Assembly: GCA_024280785.1 (NCBI GenBank)
Contig: JAJRPK010000236.1
Span: 1-37,804, forward strand
DNA: 37,804 nt
Reading direction: 5' to 3'
Source of the DNA: Gammaproteobacteria bacterium
Lineage (GTDB): Bacteria > Pseudomonadota > Gammaproteobacteria > Pseudomonadales > UBA7434
Position 1 is the stretch's first letter. Each line of letters begins with the position of its first letter. A model generated the notes under the pieces. That model did not search any database, was not told the DNA's origin, and saw only the letters and a program-made list of their open reading frames with translations. Positions 9,681-19,084 of this stretch are shown here, one piece after another. Both the position numbers and the translations under genes were made by a program.

Positions 9681-11306
9681 ATGGCAGTTATCACTTCTAC
9701 AATCGATACTCAGTCTGAACAGTATCAGCGCAACGTCGAAATAATGACAGCGGCAGTGGACGAGTTTCGCAATATCGAAAGAAAAGTATTAGCAACAGCA
9801 GAAGAAAAGGTTCCCCGCTATCGTAAGCGAGGATTTATTCCGCCGCGAGATCGACTGTCTTTACTGCTGGATCCCGGCGCGCCGTTTTTGGAAATGTCGA
9901 CACTGTGCGGCTATATGCAAGAAGAAGACACCGACGGCTCTGCTGCCGGCGGAAGTTGCATAACCGGTATTGGGTATATCGCGGGAACTTGCTGCATGAT
10001 ACTCATCGATGATTTTCTCACCAAGGGCGGGAGTATTACGCCATTGGGGAGTGAAAAACGTCAACGCATGATCAAACTCGCCAACGACAATAAGCTGCCG
10101 GTTATAACGCTAGCACAAAGCGGTGGTGGAAACTTAAAGATGTTGGGTGATTTTTTTGGCCCTTCGGGTGCTGGTTTTGCCAGTCAATGCCGTTTATCGG
10201 CCGCCGGCATACCGCAAATAACTGTAGTTCATGGTAGTGCCACTGCGGGTGGGGCTTATCAACCGGGGCTTTCCGATTACGTAATAATGATTCGCCAACA
10301 GTCAACTATGTACCTGGCTGGGCCGCCACTATTAAAGGCTGCGACGGGAGAGATAGCTACCGATGAAGAGATTGGCGGTGCAGAAATGCACGCTGAGGTA
10401 GCGGGGACCTCTGATTACTTGGCAGAAAATGACAGCGATGGTATTCGCATTGCACGAGAAATTACTGCGCGGCTAGATTGGAATAAAACGCTTCCAAGCG
10501 GTTTTATCTCGGAATCACCGGTTTCTTTTCAATTACCACGGTATAGCAAAGAAGAGCTTCTCGGTGTAGTTCCTGACGATTCCAAGATTCCGTATCAGGC
10601 GCAAGAAATCATTGCGCGCATTGCCGATGCCTCAGAGTTTCTCGAGTTTAAGGCGGCTTTTGATGGCGCTACTGTGTGTGGTCATATTTCGATCGAAGGG
10701 CATAGCTGTGCGGTTATTGCTAACAATGGCCCGATTACGGCTAACGGAGCGGCAAAGGCGGGGCAGTTTGTACAGCTTTGCGAGCAGTCTGATACGCCGA
10801 TACTGTTTTTACACAATACTACGGGTTTTATTGTTGGAACCGAATCCGAGCAAGCCGGTATTATCAAACACGGCGCCAAAATGATTCAGGCTGTGACCAA
10901 TAGCACGGTGGCGAAAATCAGCATTGTCGTCGGTGGCTCTTATGGTGCTGGAAACTACGCAATGTGTGGTCGCGGCATGGACCCCAGTTTTATGTTTGCC
11001 TGGCCCCGCTCAGTGGTATCGGTGATGGGGCCGGCCCAAGCAGGCAGTGTATTGCGAACGGTCGCCGAAGCCAAGATGAAACGCATGGGCGAAGTCGACA
11101 ATGGATTGTTGGACTTATTAGAAAAAGACACAGTCGATACTATGGAAGAAAAATCCCGGGCGCTCGCTAATACTGCACGTTTGTGGGATGACGGCATAAT
11201 TGATCCGAGAGACACTCGCGCGATACTGGCATTTGCTCTGCGTATATGCCGCGAGGGAAGGCAACGAACAGTAAAGACCAGCAGTTTTGGTGTTTCTCGA
11301 TTTTAA
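9681..11306 (+). CDS. Acyl-CoA carboxylase carboxyltransferase (beta) subunit, methylcrotonyl-/geranyl-CoA carboxylase type
   Basis: 541 aa with duplicated crotonase-like carboxyltransferase halves (FLTKGGSITPLG, VVHGSATAGGAYQP, VVGGSYGAGNYAMCGR, DDGIIDPRDTR). Confidence 0.9.
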   Translation: MAVITSTIDTQSEQYQRNVEIMTAAVDEFRNIERKVLATAEEKVPRYRKRGFIPPRDRLSLLLDPGAPFLEMSTLCGYMQEEDTDGSAAGGSCITGIGYIAGTCCMILIDDFLTKGGSITPLGSEKRQRMIKLANDNKLPVITLAQSGGGNLKMLGDFFGPSGAGFASQCRLSAAGIPQITVVHGSATAGGAYQPGLSDYVIMIRQQSTMYLAGPPLLKAATGEIATDEEIGGAEMHAEVAGTSDYLAENDSDGIRIAREITARLDWNKTLPSGFISESPVSFQLPRYSKEELLGVVPDDSKIPYQAQEIIARIADASEFLEFKAAFDGATVCGHISIEGHSCAVIANNGPITANGAAKAGQFVQLCEQSDTPILFLHNTTGFIVGTESEQAGIIKHGAKMIQAVTNSTVAKISIVVGGSYGAGNYAMCGRGMDPSFMFAWPRSVVSVMGPAQAGSVLRTVAEAKMKRMGEVDNGLLDLLEKDTVDTMEEKSRALANTARLWDDGIIDPRDTRAILAFALRICREGRQRTVKTSSFGVSRF

Positions 11307-11355
11307 TCAATGTTAGCGGTGTAATAACGTTATTGGATAACTCTGGAAATTAATT

Positions 11356-12216
11356 ATGACATTAGCAGTATGCAAGGATATTGTATTAGATCTTAATAAT
11401 GGAGTGTTAAATATTCTTCTCAATCGACCACGCAAACGCAATGCGATGAGTCGAAATATGGTCGATGAAATCATGGCTGTATTTTCTTCTATTGCCGATG
11501 ATCGCAAGATTAGGGTCGTGGTGTTGAAGGGGGCAGAAGGTCACTTTTGCGCGGGTGGCGATATATCGAGTATGAATCGTGCTGCATCATCTACAGTATC
11601 ATCGACTAAGGAAACGGGGGATGATGTTGTAGATGAAGGTATTTCTGCACAAACGGTCGATCAAACTATTTGGGAATTCAATCGTATTTTTGGCCGAATG
11701 ATTAGTCAGGTGAATCGCGCACCCCAGCTTGTAGTGACTTTGTTAGAAGGGGCGGTGTTAGGCGGTGGTTTTGGTTTGGCCTGTGTTTCTGATATAGCGA
11801 TTAGTGATAAAGAGGCGCAGTTCGCGATGCCAGAAACGGGCTTAGGGGTTATTCCCGCGCAGATCGCACCGTTTGTCGTTGCTAGAATTGGAGTAACTCA
11901 AACTCGTCGCTTGGCTCTTTTAGGTGAGCGAATAGACGGTGAACAGGCTTGTCAAATCGGCGTAGCACACTATGTTACCGGTAGCCCGGAAGAGATGCAG
12001 GAAAAACTCGAGCAAGTTGTTAAAAAGGTAAAACGTTGCGCGCCAGAAGCAAATGCGGCGACCAAAAAACTCATTTTAGATGTTAGTGATTTAGTGACCG
12101 AAAAGTTGCTAGATCGAGCGGCTGATGAGTTTGTCGAAGCGATGGGCGGTAAAGAAGGTATTGAGGGGACAACAGCCTTTTTACAAAAGCGATTACCCTA
12201 TTGGGCGGAGCAGTAA
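11356..12216 (+). CDS. Enoyl-CoA hydratase/isomerase family (methylglutaconyl-/isohexenylglutaconyl-CoA hydratase-like)
   Basis: Crotonase motifs (FCAGGDI, GAVLGGGFGLA, MPETGLGVIP). It carries a Ser/Thr/Asp-rich insertion of about 25 aa after the first oxyanion-hole segment. Confidence 0.8.
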   Translation: MTLAVCKDIVLDLNNGVLNILLNRPRKRNAMSRNMVDEIMAVFSSIADDRKIRVVVLKGAEGHFCAGGDISSMNRAASSTVSSTKETGDDVVDEGISAQTVDQTIWEFNRIFGRMISQVNRAPQLVVTLLEGAVLGGGFGLACVSDIAISDKEAQFAMPETGLGVIPAQIAPFVVARIGVTQTRRLALLGERIDGEQACQIGVAHYVTGSPEEMQEKLEQVVKKVKRCAPEANAATKKLILDVSDLVTEKLLDRAADEFVEAMGGKEGIEGTTAFLQKRLPYWAEQ

Positions 12217-12221
12217 TTTCA

Positions 12222-14207
12222 ATGAATAAAATCTTAATTGCCAACCGAGGCGAGATTGCTGTTCGCGTGATTCGTACAGCTCGGGATTTAGGCTTTCGAA
12301 CGGTTGCCGTTTATAGCACTGCCGACGCGGATGCTATGCATGTTCACGAGGCCGATCAAGCTGTTTGTATCGGGTCCGAGCCGGCAAGTGAATCTTATCT
12401 GCGAGTGGATAAAATTCTCGCGGCTGCGGCACAAACAGGTGCCGATGCCATTCACCCGGGTTACGGCTTTCTTTCTGAAAATGGCCAATTTTCCAGTGCT
12501 TGTAGTGAGGCAGACATCATCTTTATTGGCCCGGATAGCGCGGCGATAGAGCTGATGGGTAGTAAACGCCTATCAAAAATTGCCATGATAGAAGCAGGTG
12601 TACCCTGTATTCCAGGGTATCAAGGAGAGGAGCAAGACGATGAGAAGTTGCTACTAAAGGCACAAGAAATCGGCTTTCCCATTATGGTGAAAGCCTCATT
12701 TGGTGGCGGCGGTCGCGGTATGCGTTTAGTACATCAGCCTGATGAATTGGCTGAACAAATGAAGATGGCGCGGTCAGAGGCACAAAATGCATTTGGCAGT
12801 GGTGAACTCATTCTTGAACGCGCGATAATTGAACCGAGGCATATTGAAATTCAAATCTTTGCCGATCGCCATGGCAATGTAGTTTATTTAGGTGAGCGAG
12901 ATTGCTCAATTCAGCGTCGTCACCAAAAGGTAGTGGAAGAAGCACCGTCTCCCTTTGTCGATGAGTTGCTGAGACAAAAGATGGGCGAAGCTGCTGTCAA
13001 TGCAGCAAAATCTTGTCAGTACGTTGGCGCCGGTACGATAGAGTTTTTGGTCGACAAGGATAAAAACTTTTATTTTTTAGAAATGAATACGCGCTTACAG
13101 GTAGAGCACCCGGTAACCGAGTTAATTACTGGCCTTGATCTAGTGGCTTGGCAGTTAATGGTTGCTGCCGGACAGCCGTTGCCATTGGTGCAAGATGATA
13201 TCCATTTGCGGGGGCACGCTGTGGAAGTGCGCCTTTATGCCGAAGACCCGCGCAATAATTTTATCCCACAAACGGGAACCGTATTGTGCTGGCGAACGTC
13301 TCATGCTGATGCGAGTTCCAATATACGCATCGATCACAGTGTTGCTGAAGGGCAAGTGGTCAGCACTCACTATGACCCTATGTTAGGAAAGGTTATTGCC
13401 TATGGAGACGATCGCCAAACCGCAGTGAGGCGCTTGGCCTCGGCGGTGCAAGATATTGTGTTGCTAGGTGTTAACACCAATAAACATTTTTTACACAAGG
13501 TTCTAAGACACCCCGTTTTTACTGCCGGTGAAGCAACTACAGCTTTTATCGAACAACAATTTTCTACCGACTCAAGCGTTAAAAACTCGACACCCGAATT
13601 GGCAACAGTGGCCAAAGCGGCCTTGCTGTTTTATCTACAGGGAGCTAAGTCCGCCGGCATGTCTCACGGTAACCCTTGGCAAACGGCGGTTGCAACAAGT
13701 TACTCTTTTAAGCTTGAACATGCGGGGGAGGTAATGGGTGTTCAATTGAGTTGTGAAGCAAATTGTTTTCAGATATCACTCGGCGATTATCGAGAGGATG
13801 CCGCGCAATCATTAACGCTAGAGTGGGTTTCTTGTAAAGATAATCGCTGTGTCGTGGTGGAATCGGGTGTGCGGCAAGCGTTTGACTACGTGTTTGATAG
13901 CTCATGTTTGTTTTTAGACGATGGCAGCGGCCACTATATTTTTGACAACATAACGCATCAACCGGCGAGTGCTGGTGGCGGTGTAGGCAATGGTGAAGTT
14001 GTCGCGTCGATGGACGGCTCAATTGTTGAAGTGTTAGTTAAGACTGGCGATGTGGTTGAACAAGGGCAAACGATTTTAGTTATTGAAGCGATGAAAATGG
14101 AGCATCCTTTGAAATCGGATATTTCTGGTATCGTCAAATCGCTAACAGCTAGTGTCGGTCAGCAAGTCAAATCGAAACAGTTGTTGGCAACGGTTATAGA
14201 CCAGTAA
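12222..14207 (+). CDS. Acyl-CoA carboxylase alpha subunit (biotin carboxylase + biotin carboxyl carrier domain)
   Basis: MNKILIANRGEIAVR start, ATP-grasp loop GGGGRGMR, FLEMNTRLQVEHPVTE, and the C-terminal biotinylation motif EAMKMEH. I prefer the ATG at 12222 to the TTG at 12201. Confidence 0.92.
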   Translation: MNKILIANRGEIAVRVIRTARDLGFRTVAVYSTADADAMHVHEADQAVCIGSEPASESYLRVDKILAAAAQTGADAIHPGYGFLSENGQFSSACSEADIIFIGPDSAAIELMGSKRLSKIAMIEAGVPCIPGYQGEEQDDEKLLLKAQEIGFPIMVKASFGGGGRGMRLVHQPDELAEQMKMARSEAQNAFGSGELILERAIIEPRHIEIQIFADRHGNVVYLGERDCSIQRRHQKVVEEAPSPFVDELLRQKMGEAAVNAAKSCQYVGAGTIEFLVDKDKNFYFLEMNTRLQVEHPVTELITGLDLVAWQLMVAAGQPLPLVQDDIHLRGHAVEVRLYAEDPRNNFIPQTGTVLCWRTSHADASSNIRIDHSVAEGQVVSTHYDPMLGKVIAYGDDRQTAVRRLASAVQDIVLLGVNTNKHFLHKVLRHPVFTAGEATTAFIEQQFSTDSSVKNSTPELATVAKAALLFYLQGAKSAGMSHGNPWQTAVATSYSFKLEHAGEVMGVQLSCEANCFQISLGDYREDAAQSLTLEWVSCKDNRCVVVESGVRQAFDYVFDSSCLFLDDGSGHYIFDNITHQPASAGGGVGNGEVVASMDGSIVEVLVKTGDVVEQGQTILVIEAMKMEHPLKSDISGIVKSLTASVGQQVKSKQLLATVIDQ

Positions 14208-14208
14208 T

Positions 14209-14256
14209 ATTAGACCAATAACATTAGACCAATAACATTAGACCAATAACATTAGA
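14209..14256. repeat. Tandem repeat, 14-bp unit ATTAGACCAATAAC x3.4
   Basis: Three perfect copies at 14209-14222, 14223-14236 and 14237-14250, plus a partial ATTAGA. A degenerate 10/14 copy at 14195-14208 covers the stop codon of the upstream gene. Confidence 0.95.
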
Positions 14257-14305
14257 GAAATATTAATGTAGCGGTTATATTTGCGTTTATCGAGGAGTAC
14301 TTAAG

Positions 14306-16123
14306 TTGGCAGAAAAAAAAGTTCGAATCGGCTGCGCTTCCGGATTTTACGGCGATAGTCAGCTGGCCGCTAGGCAACTTGTCGATAAGGGCGATATTGA
14401 TTATCTGGTGTTTGATTATCTAGCTGAAGTTACGATGGCGATTTTGTCACGCGCGAAAAACAAGAATGAGAATTTGGGTTTTGCCGTCGATTTTGTCACC
14501 GTAGCGATGAAAGATGTGCTCGCTGACTGTGCTAAAAAGGGTATCAAGGTGATTGCTAATGCGGGAGGGGTGAATGTTCCTGGATGTATTTCTGCGTTAG
14601 AACTTCTCTGTAGCGAGTTAGATATCACTTTAAATATTGCCGGCGTGTACGGTGATAACTTAGCAGATCGTATCGATGAACTTTCGCCTACCGAATATTC
14701 TGAATTACAAACTAACGAACCCTTGCCTGGCAAACTTTCTAGTCTCAATGCATACCTGGGCGCGCAACCTATTGCCGATGCCTTAGCGGCGGGTGCAGAT
14801 GTGGTGGTGACGGGCAGGGTGGTGGATAGTGCGGTGATGTTGGGTCCGTTGATTCACGAGTTTTCATGGTTAGAGCAAGATTACGATCGTTTGTCCATGG
14901 GTTCTTTGGTCGGGCATGTGTTGGAGTGCGGTGCTCAGTGTACGGGGGGTAACTTTACTGATTGGCACTTGGTTCCCGATTTTTCAACGATGAGTTATCC
15001 TATTGCTGAAGTAAGCTCTAGCGGTGAATTTATAGTGAGTATTCCGCCAGGCACGGGAGGCATGGTAACGACGGCCACCGTAGGCGAACAAATTCTTTAC
15101 GAGATAGGTGACCCAGCTAATTATTTATTACCGGACGTTGCCTGTGATTGGAGTAATCTGACACTCGAACAAGTGGCTGACAATAAAGTGCGGGTGGCTG
15201 GTGCTAAAGGTCGAGCGCCGGGTAAGTACTATAAACTGTGCGCCACTTATATCGACGGTTATCGATTAATGGGCTGTTTTTACATGGGAGGGCTTCGGGT
15301 TGCTGATAAAGCACGCACCGCATTAGACGCATGGGTAAAACGGACTCGCCAAGTATTTGCCGAAAAAGGGTTGGCCGATTATCGTGAAGTATGTATAGAA
15401 ATTGTTGGTGCCGAGGATACCTATGGCCCTCATGGGCAGGCAAATAAAACTCGCGAGGCAATGGGCAAATTTGGCTTGCATCATGACAGCAAAGAGGCTT
15501 TGCAGTTCGCCAGCGCCGAGATGGCGTATCTGGCGACGTCTGGCCCGCCGGGGCTTAGTGGCTTTGGCAGTGGTAGGGTGCGACCGCAACCACTAATGAA
15601 AATACATTCGTCGTTGATAGCTAAAGATCTTGTGCCTGTTACTGTGCAGTTGGGAGAGCAGGTAATCGCAGAGAAATGTTATGCGATAACAGAGCAATCC
15701 CCCGCGACAGCTAAATGCAAAATGAGCATCGATCCGTTAGACTTGGCTGATGCTAAACAGCGAGAAGACTGGGTCAAGGTACCCTTGGCGCGTTTAGCTT
15801 ACGCTCGCAGTGGCGACAAAGGCAACAATGCTAATATAGGGCTTATTGCCCGCAAGGCGGAATATTTGCCACTGTTGTATTTGCAGGTGACAGCTCAAGC
15901 CGTGGATGATTACTTTGCTCACACGGTAGCGGGAGAAGTCGAACGATTTGAACTGCCGGGTTTTCATGCTTTTAATTTTTTTATGACCGAAGCGTTAGGT
16001 GGCGGGGGTACGGCGTCGTTGCGGTTAGATTCTCAAGGTAAAGCGCTAGGGCAAATGTTGTTGTCGATGGATATTGCGGTTCCACCGGCCTGGTTGGATT
16101 CATTGGTTGGTGTTGATGCTTAG
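14306..16123 (+). CDS. atuA: AtuA-family protein (DUF1446, acyclic terpene utilisation), long fused form
   Basis: N-terminus VRIGCASGFYGDSQLAARQLV...IDYLVFDYLAEVTMAIL is typical DUF1446/AtuA. The TTG start is preceded by GAGGAG with an 8-nt spacer. Length is 605 aa. Confidence 0.75.
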   Translation: MAEKKVRIGCASGFYGDSQLAARQLVDKGDIDYLVFDYLAEVTMAILSRAKNKNENLGFAVDFVTVAMKDVLADCAKKGIKVIANAGGVNVPGCISALELLCSELDITLNIAGVYGDNLADRIDELSPTEYSELQTNEPLPGKLSSLNAYLGAQPIADALAAGADVVVTGRVVDSAVMLGPLIHEFSWLEQDYDRLSMGSLVGHVLECGAQCTGGNFTDWHLVPDFSTMSYPIAEVSSSGEFIVSIPPGTGGMVTTATVGEQILYEIGDPANYLLPDVACDWSNLTLEQVADNKVRVAGAKGRAPGKYYKLCATYIDGYRLMGCFYMGGLRVADKARTALDAWVKRTRQVFAEKGLADYREVCIEIVGAEDTYGPHGQANKTREAMGKFGLHHDSKEALQFASAEMAYLATSGPPGLSGFGSGRVRPQPLMKIHSSLIAKDLVPVTVQLGEQVIAEKCYAITEQSPATAKCKMSIDPLDLADAKQREDWVKVPLARLAYARSGDKGNNANIGLIARKAEYLPLLYLQVTAQAVDDYFAHTVAGEVERFELPGFHAFNFFMTEALGGGGTASLRLDSQGKALGQMLLSMDIAVPPAWLDSLVGVDA

Positions 16124-16317
16124 TTTGGTTTATTAGTTTATCGGATTTTGGTAAAAATGATTGATATATTTATCTGTCTTTAGCTGTAAGTTTTTAGTGA
16201 TAGTTGGCGAAAAGTCTTCGAGATCGGCGTAAAAGTTACGGGATATAAAGTAAAAGAGGGTGTTTTCGGATAGGGCCAGTGTGATACAAACATAAGAAAC
16301 TGTTAGGAGGCAATATT

Positions 16318-16791
16318 GTGAACTGGAATGCTATTGGAGCAATTGCAGATTTGGTAGCCGCGACGGGAGTTATTGCATCGCTACTTTATCTCGCCGTCCA
16401 GATTCGTGCTAGCACCGTGGCTTCATCCGTAGATGCAAAGCTTGCGTCAGCGAAGCTCCTCAACAATTTTATCGATTCACTCATTGAGAATCCAGTGTTA
16501 AACGAACTCTATATGCGGGGTATCAAAGACCTCGATTTGCTTTCAAAAGAGGAATACATGCGATTTTCGAATATGAGTATGAAGGCGTTCTGGTTTTTTT
16601 CGGCTGGGTACTTCCAGTTTAGGTCGGGAACGTTGAGCGAAGACGAATTTCATGAATTAAAGTCCGTACTTCGTTATTGGCTGCGCGGAGCGGGCTGTCG
16701 TGCATGGTGGGAAAAAATTGGCCGGGAATCGATGTCACCGGTATTTCGTGAATTTGTGGAATCCGAAATCCGGCAGACTGATGTCTCCTAA
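16318..16791 (+). CDS. Hypothetical membrane-anchored protein (one N-terminal TM helix)
   Basis: GTG start preceded by AGGAGG with an 8-nt spacer. Hydrophobic N-terminus IGAIADLVAATGVIASLLYLAV, Trp-rich C-terminus. I recognise no catalytic motif. Confidence 0.55.
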   Translation: MNWNAIGAIADLVAATGVIASLLYLAVQIRASTVASSVDAKLASAKLLNNFIDSLIENPVLNELYMRGIKDLDLLSKEEYMRFSNMSMKAFWFFSAGYFQFRSGTLSEDEFHELKSVLRYWLRGAGCRAWWEKIGRESMSPVFREFVESEIRQTDVS

Positions 16792-16858
16792 CAAGCAGCT
16801 GTCCCAGAATTTCAGAATTTATTTGATTTAATTGCTAGGTGATAAGAGAACGATCAAG

Positions 16859-17680
16859 ATGAAGCAAGCCGAACTGCACCAAGGGATCGCGATAGCCCGT
16901 GAAGGGGTAAAAATCGCGTATCAATTTTCGGGAGTTGGGCCAGCGCTCGTGTGCTGCCATGCGATGGGCTGGGACCACACCATGTGGAATCCACAACGGG
17001 CGGAATTTTCGAGATCCCATCAATTTATCACTTTCGACCAGCGCGGCAGCGGAAATTCCGAGCATCCGCCATTTGAATCGATAGCGGGTAGTTTGTACAC
17101 CGTTGAAAGTTTCGGAGACGATCTTCGGGCGGTACTTGATGAGCTGGGAATCGAGAAAGCGCGCATACTTGGCTTTTCCATGGGCGCGGTAGCCGCACTT
17201 TCATTCGCCACACGTTGGCCAGAGCGTGTTGAACGCCTGGTATTGGTATCGGCAATGGCGTCTCGTTTACCCGAAGATATCATTGCGAGAGCACGGCTTG
17301 TTGAGGAAGTCGTAGATACGGATGGCATAGTCAAAGCATACGAATTTTATTTTTCCGGCCCTCTTTTTGAAGGGCTGGGAAAAGGTGATTCTTTTAGGCG
17401 TCAGTTGGAGGGCGTGGTGGCAAAGGCAACACCTCACGGCTTTAAGGGTTGCTTTCGCGTGACAATTGACAGACCGTCACTGCTGGAGAAATTACAGGTG
17501 ATAAATGCTCCAACACTCGTTGTTGTGGGGGAACGAGACAAACACTATCTAACCGAGGCCGACCGGATGAGCGAAAAACTTCCAAATGCCAAAAAAATCA
17601 TCATTGCGAATGCCGGGCATCCCATAACGATGCAGCAACCAGATGCGTTTGAAAGAGAAGTGCTGTCATTTCTCTCATGA
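16859..17680 (+). CDS. Alpha/beta-fold hydrolase
   Basis: Nucleophile elbow GFSMGA, HG-type oxyanion region (CCHAMGWDH), and C-terminal GERD...NAGH (Asp/His). I prefer the ATG at 16859 to the TTG at 16832. Confidence 0.8.
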   Translation: MKQAELHQGIAIAREGVKIAYQFSGVGPALVCCHAMGWDHTMWNPQRAEFSRSHQFITFDQRGSGNSEHPPFESIAGSLYTVESFGDDLRAVLDELGIEKARILGFSMGAVAALSFATRWPERVERLVLVSAMASRLPEDIIARARLVEEVVDTDGIVKAYEFYFSGPLFEGLGKGDSFRRQLEGVVAKATPHGFKGCFRVTIDRPSLLEKLQVINAPTLVVVGERDKHYLTEADRMSEKLPNAKKIIIANAGHPITMQQPDAFEREVLSFLS

Positions 17681-17709
17681 ATTCATGCGCATGCGAGTTG
17701 TTTTCGGCA

Positions 17710-18921
17710 TTACAACCCCTCTCCACAACACCTCCCACTCGCCCAAGCCCATTGAAAATTAAACCCCCCTAACCACCCGGTAACATCTAACACTTCACCA
17801 ATAAAATACAAACCGCTGACTTTCTTGGCTTCGAAATTCTTCGAGCTAATCTCATCGGTATCTACACCGCCCACGGTCACTTCGGCTTTTTTGTAACCCG
17901 CCGTACCGCTAGGAACAAACCGCCATTGATGAAACAACCCCGCAATGAGTTCAATTTCTTTGTGGGTGCATTGCTTTATCGGCTTTAAACTATCGATTTT
18001 TTCTGCCGCTGTACCGAGTAGAATGCTCGCAATAAAACGCTGCGGTAAATGCGCTTGAAGCAGGGTCTGTAGTTGTTTGTCGGGAGCGTCTTTTTGTGCT
18101 TGAATCAGCAGGTCAATCAAATTATGGTCGGGTAAGCAATCGACACTAACGGTATCACCGGGTTGCCAATAGGAACTGACTTGCAGCGTAGCAGGCCCAC
18201 TAAGCCCTTTATGGGTGAATACTAAGTTCTCTGAGAAACTTTGGCCATTGCAAGCCATGGTGCAATGAAAATGAATGCCGGCTAATTCCTCAAATTGCTT
18301 TTGCTCTGGAGCATCAAAGTTGAGCGGGACCAAACCCGGTGCGGTAGCAGTGACATTAAGCCCAAACTGTTTGGCAACACGATGGCCAAAATCGGATGCC
18401 CCCATGGTAGGGAATGATAGTGACCCTGTCGCGATGACTAAAGACTCACATTGATAAAGATGTTCTGAATTCGTCGTTTTTAATACGGCATCTAGCTTAA
18501 AGCCGCCGTTCTTGGTTTGCGCAATATGGATGACGCTGCAGTTGAGCTGAATTTCAACGCCCAGAGCATCGCATTGGTCGAACAGCATATTTAGGATGGC
18601 AATACTCTTATTGTCGCTAAACAAATGGCCGACTTTCTCTTCGTGCCAAGGCAGTTGCGCAGCGTCGACTTCGGCGACAAAGTCCCACGGGCTGTAGCGG
18701 CTCAATGCCGATTTACAAAAATGCGGGTTGCCACATAAATAGTGTTTGGGTTCGGTGTACATATTGGTAAAATTACAACGGCCGCCACCACTAATCAGAA
18801 TTTTTTTACCCGCTTTATTGGCATGCTCCAATATTTTTACTCGTTTGCCTTTTTTGGCGGCAGCTATTGCACACATTAGACCTGCGGCACCAGCACCAAT
18901 AATAATGACCTCTGTAGACAT
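17710..18921 (-). CDS. YhiN/HI0933/BaiN-family NAD(P)/FAD-dependent oxidoreductase
   Basis: N-terminal Rossmann motif IIIGAGAAGLMCA and the family signature ILISGGGRCNFTN. C-terminal GLYFIGEVLDVTGWLGGFNFQWAWASG. Confidence 0.88.
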   Translation of the reverse strand: MSTEVIIIGAGAAGLMCAIAAAKKGKRVKILEHANKAGKKILISGGGRCNFTNMYTEPKHYLCGNPHFCKSALSRYSPWDFVAEVDAAQLPWHEEKVGHLFSDNKSIAILNMLFDQCDALGVEIQLNCSVIHIAQTKNGGFKLDAVLKTTNSEHLYQCESLVIATGSLSFPTMGASDFGHRVAKQFGLNVTATAPGLVPLNFDAPEQKQFEELAGIHFHCTMACNGQSFSENLVFTHKGLSGPATLQVSSYWQPGDTVSVDCLPDHNLIDLLIQAQKDAPDKQLQTLLQAHLPQRFIASILLGTAAEKIDSLKPIKQCTHKEIELIAGLFHQWRFVPSGTAGYKKAEVTVGGVDTDEISSKNFEAKKVSGLYFIGEVLDVTGWLGGFNFQWAWASGRCCGEGL

Positions 18922-18925
18922 GTTG

Positions 18926-18958
18926 TTACTTCATCGTTACTTCATCGTTACTTCATCG
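18926..18958. repeat. Tandem repeat, 11-bp unit TTACTTCATCG x3 (minus strand CGATGAAGTAA x3) in the yhiN-family leader
   Basis: Three perfect copies at 18926-18936, 18937-18947 and 18948-18958, ending 4 nt from the start codon at 18921. Confidence 0.95.
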
Positions 18959-19084
18959 GTAAAACAGCGATGGTAACAAAATATGCCGTCAACCGCTGAA
19001 TTCTGTTTTGTCAGACGTGGTAAACTCGCTTCCGTTTTATTCGTTCGTCCATCTATTTATTCATTGCTACCGTTAAATTGACTC

